From positions 122,512,001 through 122,576,000 of the forward strand of contig OZ024742.1 of NCBI GenBank assembly GCA_964016885.1: 64,000 nt of DNA. The letters run 5' to 3'. Made by a program: the position numbers and the translations under genes. This DNA comes from Eledone cirrhosa (lineage: Eukaryota). The notes below the pieces were generated by a model, which saw only the letters and a program-made list of their open reading frames with translations, was not told the origin of the DNA and made no database searches. Below are positions 35,044 through 47,984 of this stretch, in pieces (positions within the stretch are counted from its first letter, which is position 1; the number at the start of each line of letters is the position of its first letter).

Positions 35044-37109
35044 TGGGGTTTATTTTCTTTTGTTTGTGTCTCTCCTTTGTTCTGTCCTACGCCATCTTGT
35101 TTTTGTGTGTGTTGTGAGCTTAGATTGCGCATGTGTTACATCCGGGTGTCTGTGTGAGTTACTATTTGTTTATTTATTTGTTTATTTACATTTTACTGGT
35201 TGGTTGTTTGTTCTATGTTTGTGTGTTTTCAATTTGTCCTTAATTGTAAGTTATGATGTTGCTATTCTATTCATGTTTTCTATTCAATTTTGGTTGGAGT
35301 TCATTTATGTTTATTGCTTCTGTGATTTGTCTAAACATTGCGTATTTTCTGCGTGTAGATTCTATTTTTATTTCTATGTTCTCTAATTTTCCCTTATGTT
35401 CTATTTTAGCATGTTGGTGGAGTATTGATGGTTATTTTTATCTTGAAATTCTCGCCAGTGTTCAGTTAACAGTTCTGCTATGCTACGAGCTGTCTCACCT
35501 ATGTACACTATATTCTTATCTTTACATTGTCCTTCAGTATATCTTATGCTTTATACTACCTTTCTAGTTTTACAGTTAATAAGGGGGCTTAGTTTACAAA
35601 TTATGCATTTCTTATCTATACAGGGAGGTCTTTGAGAAGGGTATGTATTGCTAATAAGTGTTTTTATGGAGGTACCTTGTCTTTCTACTATCTTAATAAT
35701 AATTTTATGTTTAGCTAGGGCCCTTCTAATTTGTAAGCTAATTCCCCTCTAGGGGTTGTATTGATGAACATTATACTCTGGTGTTTATTGCTATCATACC
35801 ATGAGTTTATTCTAATAACCTTATTCCTAGTTCTTTCTATTCTATTCCAAAATTTGCCCCTATACAAGTTGCAGGTCCCATTTGTATCATTATTTACCAT
35901 TTTTTTCCCATTATATACTCTGATTTTATCTCTCTGATTGTAACCAGACAATTTTGATGGTATAAACATGGCCGACATCTCATTAACAGATGAATTCAAC
36001 AACAACAACACAAATATATACGGCAACACTACAGTCGACTCTGATGAATTATCGATATTACAGTTACCACCTAAATATGCCACATATAATAAGGTAAATA
36101 TGATAAAATGCTTGTCAGAAATAGAAAAATCATTTACAAAAATACGTTGGAGACTCAAAAACAAAAACAAAAGTAACAACATTCGCACACACACACACAC
36201 ACACACATACAGCACACATCCCAACAACAACAGACACAAACAACGATAACAACAACAGACACATCAACAATAATAACATACTCAGAGACAACAACAACAG
36301 ACAATCAGACACAAACGACAATAACAACAACACATACAACAATAATAACATACACGGAGACAACAACAACAACACACATCAACAACGGCACACATCAACT
36401 ACAACAAAAACACACACATTCTATGCCTCTCACTACCACCACAATCTTAACAAACACACAGACACAGAAAACACGTAATGACAGTAACACAGAAGTAAGG
36501 GAAGGTAATGGGATTGAAAGGAGAAGGGAGACTATCGACACTGACAGAGAAAATAACCAGGACAAACACACAGACATACAAAATAGAGTAGATAATAACA
36601 ATGAGCCAGAGGAAAGAGACAGGAGTAATAATGAGAGACATAGAAACAACCATGAGGCTGATGGTGGGAATAGAAATAGAAACAACACAACTATCAATAA
36701 CAATAGCAATAGTACACATAAAGCAGCATCCTGGAATTCTACTTTTCATAATCCTTCCGATATGTCCTTCGACCTACGCGAGTCCACATCACGGCTTTAG
36801 CTTTTAACAAACGCACGCAATTGCCGTCGCAGGTCGATGAACAAACAGAAGCACAATTTAGTATAGCTAGATCTAAACTTAGAAATATTATAGAACAGTA
36901 TAGCAAGAAGTGAAATAGAATGGAGGCCCAGCAACTGGCAGAAAAATCTGCAAATGGCTTGCTTAAGATCATGCAGCGCTCCCGTAATGGAGAGATTGCA
37001 TGCTTTCCAACAGACAAGTATGGCAGAATGTCGGTTGACAGTCTGTCACACTACATCCAGGCAATGCAACCCCACATCACTAACACAAGAGAAGTAACAC
37101 CACAAGAGC

Positions 37110-38660
37110 ATGAGGATAGGGAGAAAACCCTCAATGCCGATGATGATGTGGACAAACATAATACAGCCCAGTAAAAGGACTGCTAACAACTTCCGGGCTT
37201 GGAACAATGACATGCCAGTGTTCTATGGGCTTCGAAAAGACCATAAAACGAGCAGTGACCTTGTTACTGGACCACCAACACGGCCAGTCTGTGAAGCTAA
37301 CATGGCTAGTAACTACAGACTTTCCTACTTCCTCTCCCTGATCATACACCCCATCATTGGAATGTCCCCAGATATATGTGACAGCACGGAGGACCTCCTC
37401 AGCAGAATCAGCGAAAATAACCGATCTATGGACCTAACACACTGTATAATAGGTAGTATGGATGTTGTGTCCCTATATACATCCATTGTCGTTGATTTTG
37501 CTGTGAAGAAATGCGTAGAAATGATCAGTGAGAGCAATGTTGAATTCCGTGGAATTGATACCAGTAAGCTGGGACTCCTACTTAAACTTACCTATAGTAA
37601 TGATTATCTAGATACATATAACCTTAGCAACCTGTGCCCTAAAAGACCAGCAAGAGGCAGACCACCTACCATTAACTCAATGGTCAAGAAATCCCACACA
37701 GAAAGGTGGAACGGGTGGACCAGAGCCATACTGACACCCGAAAACCACGATGAACTAAAGAAAATGATTGCACATATGGTGGTGGCCAGTATAAAATTAA
37801 CCCTTAAGGAACATATGTTCAAATTTAATGGAAAAACATATGCCCAAGAGGAGGGATCAGCTATTGGTGTTAGCATTGCAGGTGATATAGCTAACCTATT
37901 CATGATATGGTGGGACAGTAGACTTAAGCTTAAACTTAAAGAACAATTAGAAGACAGCAACCTCTTAACCCTGATAATGTACTCCCGCTACGTTGATGAT
38001 ATAAACATCGTAGTAAAAACACCCCCACTAGAGAACAGTCAGGAATTAGAGAAAAACCCCATGGAAAGCATCCAGCAAATAGCTGACTCCATCCACCAGA
38101 GTATTAGAGTTACTATAGACTACCCAAGCAAACACCCCAACCATCGATTACCTGTACTAGACACAGAGCTCTGGTTAGAAAACATTAATAACTCAAAACA
38201 AATCCTCCATTCTCATTATGCCAAAGCCATGACTTCCAAATATCTGATCTTTTCGAAGACCTTTTCAAAGACCTTCCTGTATAGATAAGAAATGTATAAT
38301 CTGTAAATTAAGCCCCCATATTAACTGAAAAATTAGAAATGTTGTATATAGCATAAAATGTACTGAAGGACAATGTAGAGATAACAATATAGTGTACATA
38401 GGTGAGACAGCTCGTAGTATAGGGGAACGGATAAATGAACACTGGCGAGACCTTCAAGATAGTAAAGAATCATCTGTACTCTACCAACATGTTAAACTAT
38501 AACATAACGGTAAGTTAGAGAACATAGAAATAAAAATAGAATCTACACACAGAAAAGACGCAATGTTTAGACAAATCACAGAGGCAATAAACATAAATGA
38601 ATTACAACCAAAATTAAATAGAAAACATGAGTGGAACAGCAACATCACAACTTACAATTA
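37110..38660 (+). pseudogene. PLE reverse transcriptase plus GIY-YIG endonuclease, disrupted, linker deleted
   Basis: The RT ORF ends at KYLI and is fused out of frame to the endonuclease. In-frame TGA and TAA occur in the endonuclease. Confidence 0.82.
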
Positions 38661-38863
38661 AGGACGAAATGAAAACACACACGCACATAGAACAAACAAC
38701 CAACCAGTAACATGTAAATAAACAAATAAATAAACGAATATAAACACACACAGACACCCGGATGTAACACATGCGCCAACTAAGCACACAACACACACAC
38801 AAAAACAAGATGGCGTAGGACAGAACAAAGGAGAGGTACAAAAAACAAAGAAAAGAATCCCCA

Positions 38864-38906
38864 GTCACTGAAGAGGTCACAGAATGTGTGACGAAAGAAC
38901 TTTGAC
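38864..38906 (+). ncRNA. Minimal type I hammerhead ribozyme motif
   Basis: gtca-CTGAAGA-g-GTCAC agaatgt GTGAC-GAA-AG aa CT-T|tgac. Confidence 0.7.
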
Positions 38907-39060
38907 AATATATAAACAACCATCTAGTTGTGGAACCAACCAACCAACCGGAAATGTATAAATTCCTAAATTTATAAATTTATTATAATGAATTGAAGTG
39001 AAGCAACTGGTGCGTGTGTTTCTTATTGGCAACATGACCCTCCCAAACTATACTAATAAT

Positions 39061-39108
<48 letters not shown>

Positions 39109-39113
<5 letters not shown>

Positions 39114-39600
39114 TAACAGATTAAAGGTTTAAGCAAAGAATCGCTGCTTTCACCCTTAACGAGATCTTTCTGAACTAAAAATGTCAATCTGTGGTTTTGT
39201 CTTTGCGTGTAATTGTTCTCACTGGTCCACATAATGACGTATTATCTTCGTTTTTTCGGTTCATTGCCAGAGAACGTCTCCATGAACCACCTAATAGAAT
39301 ATTAGTCTACGAATTCATTTATACCATAAACGTGGTTTTGTCTTTGCGTGTAATTGTTTTCACTGAACCAAATAATCACGTATTATGTTCGTTTTTTTTT
39401 CGTTCTTAGCCAGGGAACGTTTCCACGAACCAAAGGATCGTCTTCTTGTCTTCCTTCGGTTGCAACGTTTTTTGAAATATTTAATTCTGGGTTCACAGAT
39501 TGACTCTTTTAGTTTCAGAAGATCCCGTTAAGGGTGAAAGCAGCGATTCTTTGCTTACATTTTAATAAATACTTGCTCTACGGTTCTTATATATCTGATA
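39109..39600. mobile_element. Non-coding fold-back element with an internal ~141-bp tandem duplication
   Basis: Arms 39130-39193 / 39493-39556 are inverted. Internal repeat at 39191 and 39332. Hammerhead-like cagaaga-tccc gttaa gggt-GAAA at ~39514-39539. Other copies at 63430-63710 and 62940-63062. Confidence 0.7.
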
Positions 39601-39665
39601 TATATTTATCCTTATCGAGCCCTCTTTGGATTTTAGTCTTCAAACAATTATTATTACTATATATA

Positions 39666-41279
39666 TGGTTTTCTGTTGAGCTCTGCTGATGAATGATATT
39701 CCAACCGTGACCATCTCCACTGAAAGTTTTCATGAACTAGTCTTTTAAGACTATACAGAGCATTTGATGTTATTCCAAATTGAAGGATAAGTGTTTCAAA
39801 CTTTGTTTTATCATGAGTTAAAGGTCTATAGATTTTTCCATGGATTTTACTAAATTCTGTGGATGAATTTGTATCCTGATTCTCTTTTGAGATGAGTTTG
39901 AGTTATTTTTCCTAAATCTTTCGTTAACTACTTTTCCCATCTTGACGTTATAGTCGCATATATGTTATAGAATGCCGTTAGCTTCTTGCTAAAACAATCT
40001 CTATACGTCTCATTTATATTTATACTCGGATTCTTTTCCTAGAGTGCTTAAACTATCTGTGACTAATCCCGGTTTTTTTCATAAAAACTGTGATAATTAT
40101 TGCTATTTTGCTGAACTCCTTGTAGAGTTTTTTTTCAGAATGTATTTGACTGCTATTTCTTGTAAATAAACATTCACTTCCATCCTGACGTCACTAGCCC
40201 CGTTTTTTCCTCATGTGCTTTTTCATAAATACACATGAAGGCGAACTAGCCAGTTTTAGAATTCCCTTTTTCGGACTATATTACTGTGAGAGCCCTGGTT
40301 TTCTGTTGAGCTCTGCTGATGAATGATATTCCAACCGTGACCATCTCCACTGAAAGTTTTCATGAACTAGTCTTTTAAGACTATACAGAGCATTTGATGT
40401 TATTCCAAATTGAAGGATAAGTGTTTCAAACTTTGTTTTATCATGAGTTAAAGGTCTATAGATTTTTCCATGGATTTTACTAAATTCTGTGGATGAATTT
40501 GTATCCTGATTCTCTTTTGAGATGAGTTTGAGTTATTTTTCCTAAATCTTTCGTTAACTACTTTTCCCATCTTGACGTTATAGTCGCATATATGTTATAG
40601 AATGCCGTTAGCTTCTTGCTAAAACAATCTCTATACGTCTCATTTATATTTATACTCGGATTCTTTTCCTAGAGTGCTTAAACTATCTGTGACTAATCCC
40701 GGTTTTTTTCATAAAAACTGTGATAATTATTGCTATTTTGCTGAACTCCTTGTAGAGTTTTTTTTCAGAATGTATTTGACTGCTATTTCTTGTAAATAAA
40801 CATTCACTTCCATCCTGACGTCACTAGCCCCGTTTTTTCCTCATGTGCTTTTTCATAAATACACATGAAGGCGAACTAGCCAGTTTTAGAATTCCCTTTT
40901 TCGGACTATATTACTGTGAGAGCCCTGGTTTTCTGTTGAGCTCTGCTGATGAATGATATTCCAACCGTGACCATCTCCACTGAAAGTTTTCATGAACTAG
41001 TCTTTTAAGACTATACAGAGCATTTGATGTTATTCCAAATTGAAGGATAAGTGTTTCAAACTTTGTTTTATCATGAGTTAAAGGTCTATAGATTTTTCCA
41101 TGGATTTTACTAAATTCTGTGGATGAATTTGTATCCTGATTCTCTTTTGAGATGAGTTTGAGTTATTTTTCCTAAATCTTTCGTTAACTACTTTTCCCAT
41201 CTTGACGTTATAGTCGCATATATGTTATAGAATGCCGTTAATTTCTTGCTAAAACAATCTCTATACGTCTCATTTATAT
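39666..41279. repeat. Tandem array, 630-bp unit x ~2.55, near-identical
   Basis: Units start at 39666, 40296 and 40926. The only difference noticed is GC>AT at 41241-41242. The minus strand of the unit shows decayed APE-like motifs (ICDYNVKMGK; KTKFE). Confidence 0.92.
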
Positions 41280-41303
41280 ATATATATATATATTTATTTA
41301 TAT

Positions 41304-42475
41304 AATGACGGCGATGAATTTGTTTTGCGAGGTTTCTGATATGAAATCGTGTGTTGAAACAAATATTGTTATACTTGGGAACGTCATTATACTTGCAACA
41401 TCATTAGTGGTACTTTTATGTTCCTCCTGTTGTATTGTATGCCTACGACATTTTTATTTTATCTGTTTTTTTATTTATTTATTTTTGCCTTCTTCTCTGC
41501 GTGTGTGTATAGTATTTGATGTGCGTGTTCCCGATTGGGTGACTGTGTATTGGTTATTGTATTCTGTCTTAGTTTACTAGTGGGGGTTTATATGTGTTTG
41601 TTGCTTTTGTGCTTGTGTATATAATTATTTATTTATTTATTTATATTTCTCTTAAATCAGTATTGTTTATTTGGTTGTTGTTGTTATTCCATTCATTTTT
41701 TCTGTTGAGCTTTGACCTCATAACCTCTATTTTGCTTGCTTTTCTGATTTGCCTAACTGCTGGGTTATTTCTATGTTTATATATTATTTTTAATTTTTAT
41801 TTTGTCTATGTTACTGTCATCTTGTTGTCTGACGTGTTCATATAGTACTGAACCCTTTTTTCGTTCTTTTAATTCCCCCCAGACTAAATGAATGGAATAA
41901 CAACAACACCCAAACAAACAATACTGATTTAAGAGAAATATAAATAAATAAGTAAATAAATAATGATATACACAAGCACAAAAGCAACAAACACATATAA
42001 ACACACACTAGTAACTAAGATAGAATACAATAACCAAAACAGAGTCACCCAAACACGAACACATACCAGACACTATACACACACGCAAACACATGCGCAG
42101 AGAATAAGACAAAAATAAATAAATAAACAGATAAAATAAAATGGCGTAGACATACAATACAACAGGAGGAACATAATAGTACCACTGATAATGTTGCAGA
42201 TGTGTAACGAAAGAAATTTGTTAGACTATATATATGTGTTTATATCTGAATTTTTTACCGTTGGTCAGTCAATGATAAACATTGAGGACCAAATGAATTA
42301 ACTGTGGAGATATAAAAGATACAGAACGAAAACCAACCAAACAGTGAGTGTGTTCTGTTATTATTTTTGGCAATATTATTACAACAATATGACCCTTCCC
42401 AAGTGTAACAATATATGTTTCAACACACGATTTCATATCAAAAACCTTGCAAAACAAATTCATCGCCGTTACTAT
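41304..42475. mobile_element. Fold-back non-coding element built from two inverted PLE terminal regions
   Basis: 41304-41695 is an inverted, diverged and partly deleted copy of 41887-42472. Degenerate hammerhead CTGATAA-t-GTTGCA..TGTAAC-GAAA at 42185-42212. (TA)n flanks. Related to 54740-55260. Confidence 0.8.
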
Positions 42476-42582
42476 ATAAATATATATATATAGAGAGAGA
42501 GAGATGAGATTCTACAGGACTAGAACTGTTTCATTCTTTAGAAATCATCAGGTTACCTCCGATTCAACCCAGAATAACTTAT

Positions 42583-42639
<57 letters not shown>

Positions 42640-42994
42640 TTAATTGTTTTTTTTCGTGGTTGATTATGCTAATTTGGAGAACAAATAGTGTATATATATT
42701 ATCAAATGATTCTATGGACATACTTTATAGTATATATATACATATATATATATATATATAAAACAAATAAAGATTTAGCGAGAATCGCATTTCGGCGGGC
42801 AGGAAAGGCGAAACGAAACGCAAAAATCAGAAATGACACTGGCAAAGTGCTCAATAGTTAAAAACCAGAGCTACACAATGTGTTAAGAAGCCATACAAAA
42901 CTGAAAAGGTGGTCAAGAAGGCATTAACGACCCAAGCCCCCAAAACAAAGCAAGCTAAATAGGTCAAAACAAAATAAATGATAAAAAATAAATG

Positions 42995-43467
<473 letters not shown>

Positions 43468-44043
43468 CAAATCTAGTTTCCTGTATGTTTGTGTATGTGT
43501 GTGTGGACAATTTTTAATGAGGGCTCCTATATTCTAAACCATTTATGCGATTTCTTTGAAATTTTTTACAGAGATTCTCCATGCACAAAATCTGTACATG
43601 ATCTACACAGGCTTTCAAAAATGGATATTAGGGCCTTTTTAGACATTAAAAAAGCTTCGGTTATTTGTGTCAATTTTCGTGATTAAATCAGACAAGAGTT
43701 ATCTTTCGTCAATACAATAGGAACTCATTTTTTATGTCAAAAGTTTTGTTGGGGATTTTGATTATTACAATTCGGCTCATTCGGATTTTAATTCACTCTT
43801 TGTACTTGAAATAAAAGGTTTTACTGTTGTCAAAAACATGTATACCTAGACTGGATTTCTGTTGTTACATGGTATAACGGATGACACTGAGCTCACATAT
43901 TCATTATTTCGCTGGAATAGTGCCTAAGTTTTCATGTTTACATAAAATACGTTTTTCTTCTATGTATTCAAATTTACTTTGTTTAGTTTAATGAGCTACA
44001 TCGAAAGCTACTTGAACCGTCCAAAGGATGGGTACTTTAGCTA

Positions 44044-44087
<44 letters not shown>

Positions 44088-44366
44088 AAATGGGGATGCT
44101 CCATTGTAGATGTCTTCTAAGTGGAAATTATATAGGTTATAGCTTAGTCTTGACTCTGTATCGAGGGAGTAAACGTCAAGGATAATGGATACACATCCTA
44201 AAATGTTGGCATCGAGCATTCTCACATGTTTACTAAGTTAACTGTGGCTTGTAGCAAGACATATATAGGTTTTATATATACGAGAACATTTCGTATATGC
44301 ATTTTCATACAACCCACTTATTCATATATGGTAGTGGTTACGTTACATCCTATTACCTTACTACCT

Positions 44367-44494
44367 ATTTCTGAAGAGGAGTGTCGATTGAACAGGAATT
44401 TCCAGACTAGAAATAGGTAGTAACGTAACCACTCCATACTAGTCAATACATCGATCTTCGACGATCAATCGACTCTCTGAAACGATCGCAAATT
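44367..44494 (+). ncRNA. Degenerate hammerhead motif (same stem I/III type as 28770-28895)
   Basis: attt-CTGAAGA-GGAG(t)GTCGATTGA...TCAATCGACTCTCT-GAA-ACGATCGc-a-aat; the conserved U before the cleavage site is C. Confidence 0.55.
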
Positions 44495-44576
44495 AATTAA
44501 TTAAATTAACTACCTACCTTTGACTTCTGACTTGTTTTCATTGTTCTATACACAAAGCACTTCTATTCCTTTCACA

Positions 44577-45760
44577 GCGCTCCGTGCTACACGCACGCAT
44601 CTCTCCTCGCTGACCTCAATACTTGTATCCGAACAGCAGCCGAGGAGATATGCAACGTTAAGATTGACGACATTGGATGGCAACAGGCCACTTTACCTGT
44701 CAGGTATGGTGGCCTTGGCCTCCGATCCCCGATCTCCCTGGCTTTGTCGGCGTTTCTTTCGTCGGTAACCTCATGCCGCGTCCTCCTCAGCAGGGTTCTT
44801 CAAAACACAATAGAACCCTCTGTCTTTTCAGGACGTGAGGCCGCCTGTGAGACGTGGGACTGGCTGGGACTTAGCCCAGTAGACGCCCCTCTTCCTTTTC
44901 CCCCCCTAAACACTTGGGATGCCATCCAGTGCAGACTGGCCTCAGACAGGCTTATGCGCCAGCCCGACCAGCACCGCCTTCCCTGTTTTCGTACGGCCTC
45001 CAATCCCCACAGTAGTGTATGGCTCCATTCATTGCTCTCCTTCTCCACTAACACGTAGCTAGACAACAATAGCCTGCGCATCGGCGTTTCCTTGAGGCTC
45101 GGCCTCCAGATCTGCGAGCCACACCAATGTCGCTGCGGATCCACCGTGGACTCTTTCGGTTTCCACCCACTGTCCTGTCGCCACAGTGCCGGTCGCCATC
45201 CACGCCATGCAGCCCTCAACAAGGTAATAAAGCATGATTTGGACACTGCAGGCTTCCCTTCCCAGCTTGAGCCGGTAGGGCTGGACCGAGGGGACGGCAA
45301 AAGGCTAGATGGCATGACCATCTTCCCTTTTCCCGGTCGCAACCCCTCGTCTGGGAAGCCACTTGCACCGACACTTTCTGCAGCCGCAGCTTGGTGCAGT
45401 CTGCGACTAACCCAGGTTCTGCTGCACGTCGGGCTGAGGAGGCCAAACTCGTCAAATGCCGGTCGCTCCAGGACAGGTTTGCGGTTGTACCCTTGGCAGT
45501 GGAGACTTCTGTTGTCCTCGGCCCTAGAGCTACCTCCCTACTCACTACCATAGACGCTGAGCTGGCCAGCCACAGGTGTGAGCCCAGCGAGTTGGAGTAG
45601 CTTTTCTGCGCGTCTCCCTTGCCGTCACCCGAGGAAACACCTTCTCCATTCTGTCCGCCGGGGCTGTGTGTGTGGTGGTGGGGTTTTGTGGCATCACATA
45701 TCATTCCACTGAATCAAGTTTTTAAAATGTATGTTTTGAATACTTTTCATCTAGTTGATA
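44577..45760 (+). mobile_element. CRE-clade RLE non-LTR retrotransposon, 5'-truncated and decayed
   Basis: WQQATLPVRYGGLG; LRLG...CRCG..VD..G.H.LSC....GRH.RH..LN; LEP.GL.R.DGKR.DG; AARRAE..K; PLAVET..LGP; SLAVTRGN. These are CRE-type C-terminal zinc finger and RLE motifs. Confidence 0.85.
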
Positions 45761-46155
45761 GTTGAAAACCTCTAAGCTCTGTATTATTGAACTCACATCA
45801 ATGAACCTTATGAATACAATGAGGATCATACTGAAGGAGAAAGACTTCAAAACAGTGGAAAAAATGTACAACTACTTCAGAAAATATTTCATACTGCTGA
45901 AGAATAGAAGCACACACATATATATATACATAGAGAGAGATAATGCATACATATATTACACATGTATATAAATGACTCTGTAACCATGGGTTTTTTTCAT
46001 CGAAAAAAACGTTATGCCGTGGACATCTACTCAAAAAATAATAACTAATCTCGCTGTAACCATCTTTCCAAGTACACATTGAGTTCTAACAACGTTATCA
46101 GCCCCACCACTAGCAGGTGGAATACGGTATATATATATATATACACACACACACG

Positions 46156-46199
<44 letters not shown>

Positions 46200-46208
<9 letters not shown>

Positions 46209-46957
46209 CGTAAAATAAGAAAATTTAAAAAAACTTTTTTTTTTTTAAATTAACTTACTTACTTAAATTTTCACTCCAACTAATTAGTTTCTTATTTTAC
46301 GTCTTTTATATTATTGTTCTGCATTCTCCTGCATTGAACCACCTAGGTACTATGACATAACCTGTGTATTTGCTGGCATTAGCGTACATCTGTGCGCTTA
46401 TGTTAGTAGATATATTAAATTATTTATATTTATCTCCAAATCACTGATTTGTCGAGCAAACCTGCCAAAACCACTTCTAAATTTTTTTTGGGGGGTGTTA
46501 GTAGGCGCCTGTCATCTTACCATCCCATTCCTACTGACTAGCCTCTGTGTCATGTGATTGTTTCTTTAGAATCGGCCATATGATCAGTGGCAGTGAGAAT
46601 TTTCAGTAGCTGGAATCCAGTACTCGATAGCTGTTCCATTTACCGAATTATTATTATTTTTATATGAGTCCCCAGTGTCCGCGCATCGCCTGGAGAATGA
46701 CCTCCCTGATGACGCAATGAAATTCTCAACAGTTCATTACGTAACTGTCTTTATCCCATTGCAGAAACTAATTAGTTGGAGTGAAAATTTAAGTAAGTAA
46801 GTTAATTTTTTTTTTTTTAAATTTTCTTATTTTACGTCTTTTATATTATTGTTCTGCATTCTCCTGCATTGAACCACCTAGGTACTATGACATAACCTGT
46901 GTGTTTGCTGGCATTAGCGTACATCTATGCGCTTATGTTAGTAGATATATTAAATTA

Positions 46958-46960
<3 letters not shown>
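46200..46960 (+). mobile_element. Non-coding hammerhead-bearing mini-element: inverted 5' piece + ~535-bp unit x ~1.25
   Basis: 46200-46291 is the inverse of 46763-46846. 46288-46423 directly repeats 46823-46958. (TA)n on both sides. Confidence 0.85.
46702..46781 (+). ncRNA. Type I hammerhead ribozyme motif with intact conserved core
   Basis: ctcc-CTGATGA-c-GCAATG...CATTGC-a-GAA-ACTAATTAGT (palindromic stem III)-T|ggag; predicted cleavage after 46777. The first stem II pair is C.A. Confidence 0.78.
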
Positions 46961-47011
<51 letters not shown>

Positions 47012-47012
<1 letters not shown>

Positions 47013-47147
47013 TAGCTGGTGTCCGGCTCGCGTTCGGCTAGGTATACTTGCCCCCACCACTCCACTGCAAAGATAACACAAACCCTCCCGTGTCACATTG
47101 TCCTTCTGACTCCTCTTTCTCTGTCTATCTCTCTCCCTCTCTCTCCC

Positions 47148-47178
<31 letters not shown>

Positions 47179-47984
47179 GTATATATTAAAGGGAGATACA
47201 GAAACTAAAACAGTGTTGTCATATAGAGAGTGAAGAGCGACAGAGAGAGTAAATCAGTTAAATTATAGAGGGGGAATGATCTTACATACATATATACATA
47301 CATTCATACATACATACATACATACATACATATAAAGTATAGATAGGTGTGTGTTTGTGTGTTTGTGTATAGGTGTATGTGCATGTGTGTGTCTGTGTGT
47401 ATTGTTTTGATGTTATCCGGCAATTGGCGACATCAGGTGTGAAAGCACGTGTGTGTGTGTGTGTGTTACTTATGCGAGCGACGACAGAAAATGTGTGTGG
47501 GATATATACATTATTATATTTGTCTGTATTTTCGTTCTGCAACCATTATATTATGATATTTGTATCCATATTCACTCGCTGTCTTTCTGAGAGGGTTGCC
47601 TTTTGTTGTATGTATTACCGGCTTGTGTGTTGACCGAATTTTAAGGAGGTTATCTTTTTGAAATAAACATACATATGACGCTCATCTCTATGTTGATATA
47701 ATGAAGGTAGATACGAAAAGTAAATGAGTGTTGTCATATAGAGAGTGAAGAGAGACATAGAGTAAAGCAGTTAAATTATAGAGAGGGTGAAAGAGGGAGC
47801 GAGAGAGAGAGAGAGAGACGGCGGTCAGCTTTATAATATTTGAGAGTGAAGAGCGACAGAGAGAGTAAAGAAGCTAAATTATAGAGAGGGGGATGAGCGA
47901 CGGAGAGAGTAAAGCTAAGAAATTATAGGGAGGTGTGTAGGATACATACATAATACACGACACTCAGCTTTATAATATTATAGA
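47012..47984 (-). mobile_element. Non-autonomous Helitron
   Basis: The minus strand begins A|TCTATAATATTATAAAGCTG and ends with GC-rich GCCGAACGCGAGCCGG...CTAG|T inside (TA)n. Internal microsatellites and repeated GAGAGTGAAGAGCGACAG blocks. Confidence 0.72.

Larger units (their letters stand above)
34845..39055 (+). mobile_element. Naiad-like Penelope element with an inverted copy of its 3' region at the 5' end
   Basis: N-terminal LQLPPKYA. RT ORF 37110-38288 (YGLRKDHK, TRPV, GSMDVVSLY, G.AIG, YVDD, DYPSKH...LPVLD). GIY-YIG 38260-38660 (CxxxxCxxC...VVY...YIGETARS...R..EH...RQITEA...LN.K.EWN). 34845-35640 is an inverted copy of 38265-39055. (TA)n flanks. The clade call rests on motif recognition only. 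Confidence 0.82.

Noticed and set aside
38326-38328. In-frame TGA at a conserved Cys position of the Naiad-like endonuclease zinc finger (possible selenocysteine, as reported for some Naiads)
   Set aside because: The inverted arm has TGT (AAC TGT AAA ACT) at the same codon, and the sense copy also has a TAA stop, so it is most simply decay. No SECIS was identified.
39680-39761. Hammerhead-like CTGATGA...GAAA in the 630-bp unit
   Set aside because: There is no credible stem II, stem I is displaced by ~16 nt, and the unit reads as decayed APE coding sequence on the other strand.
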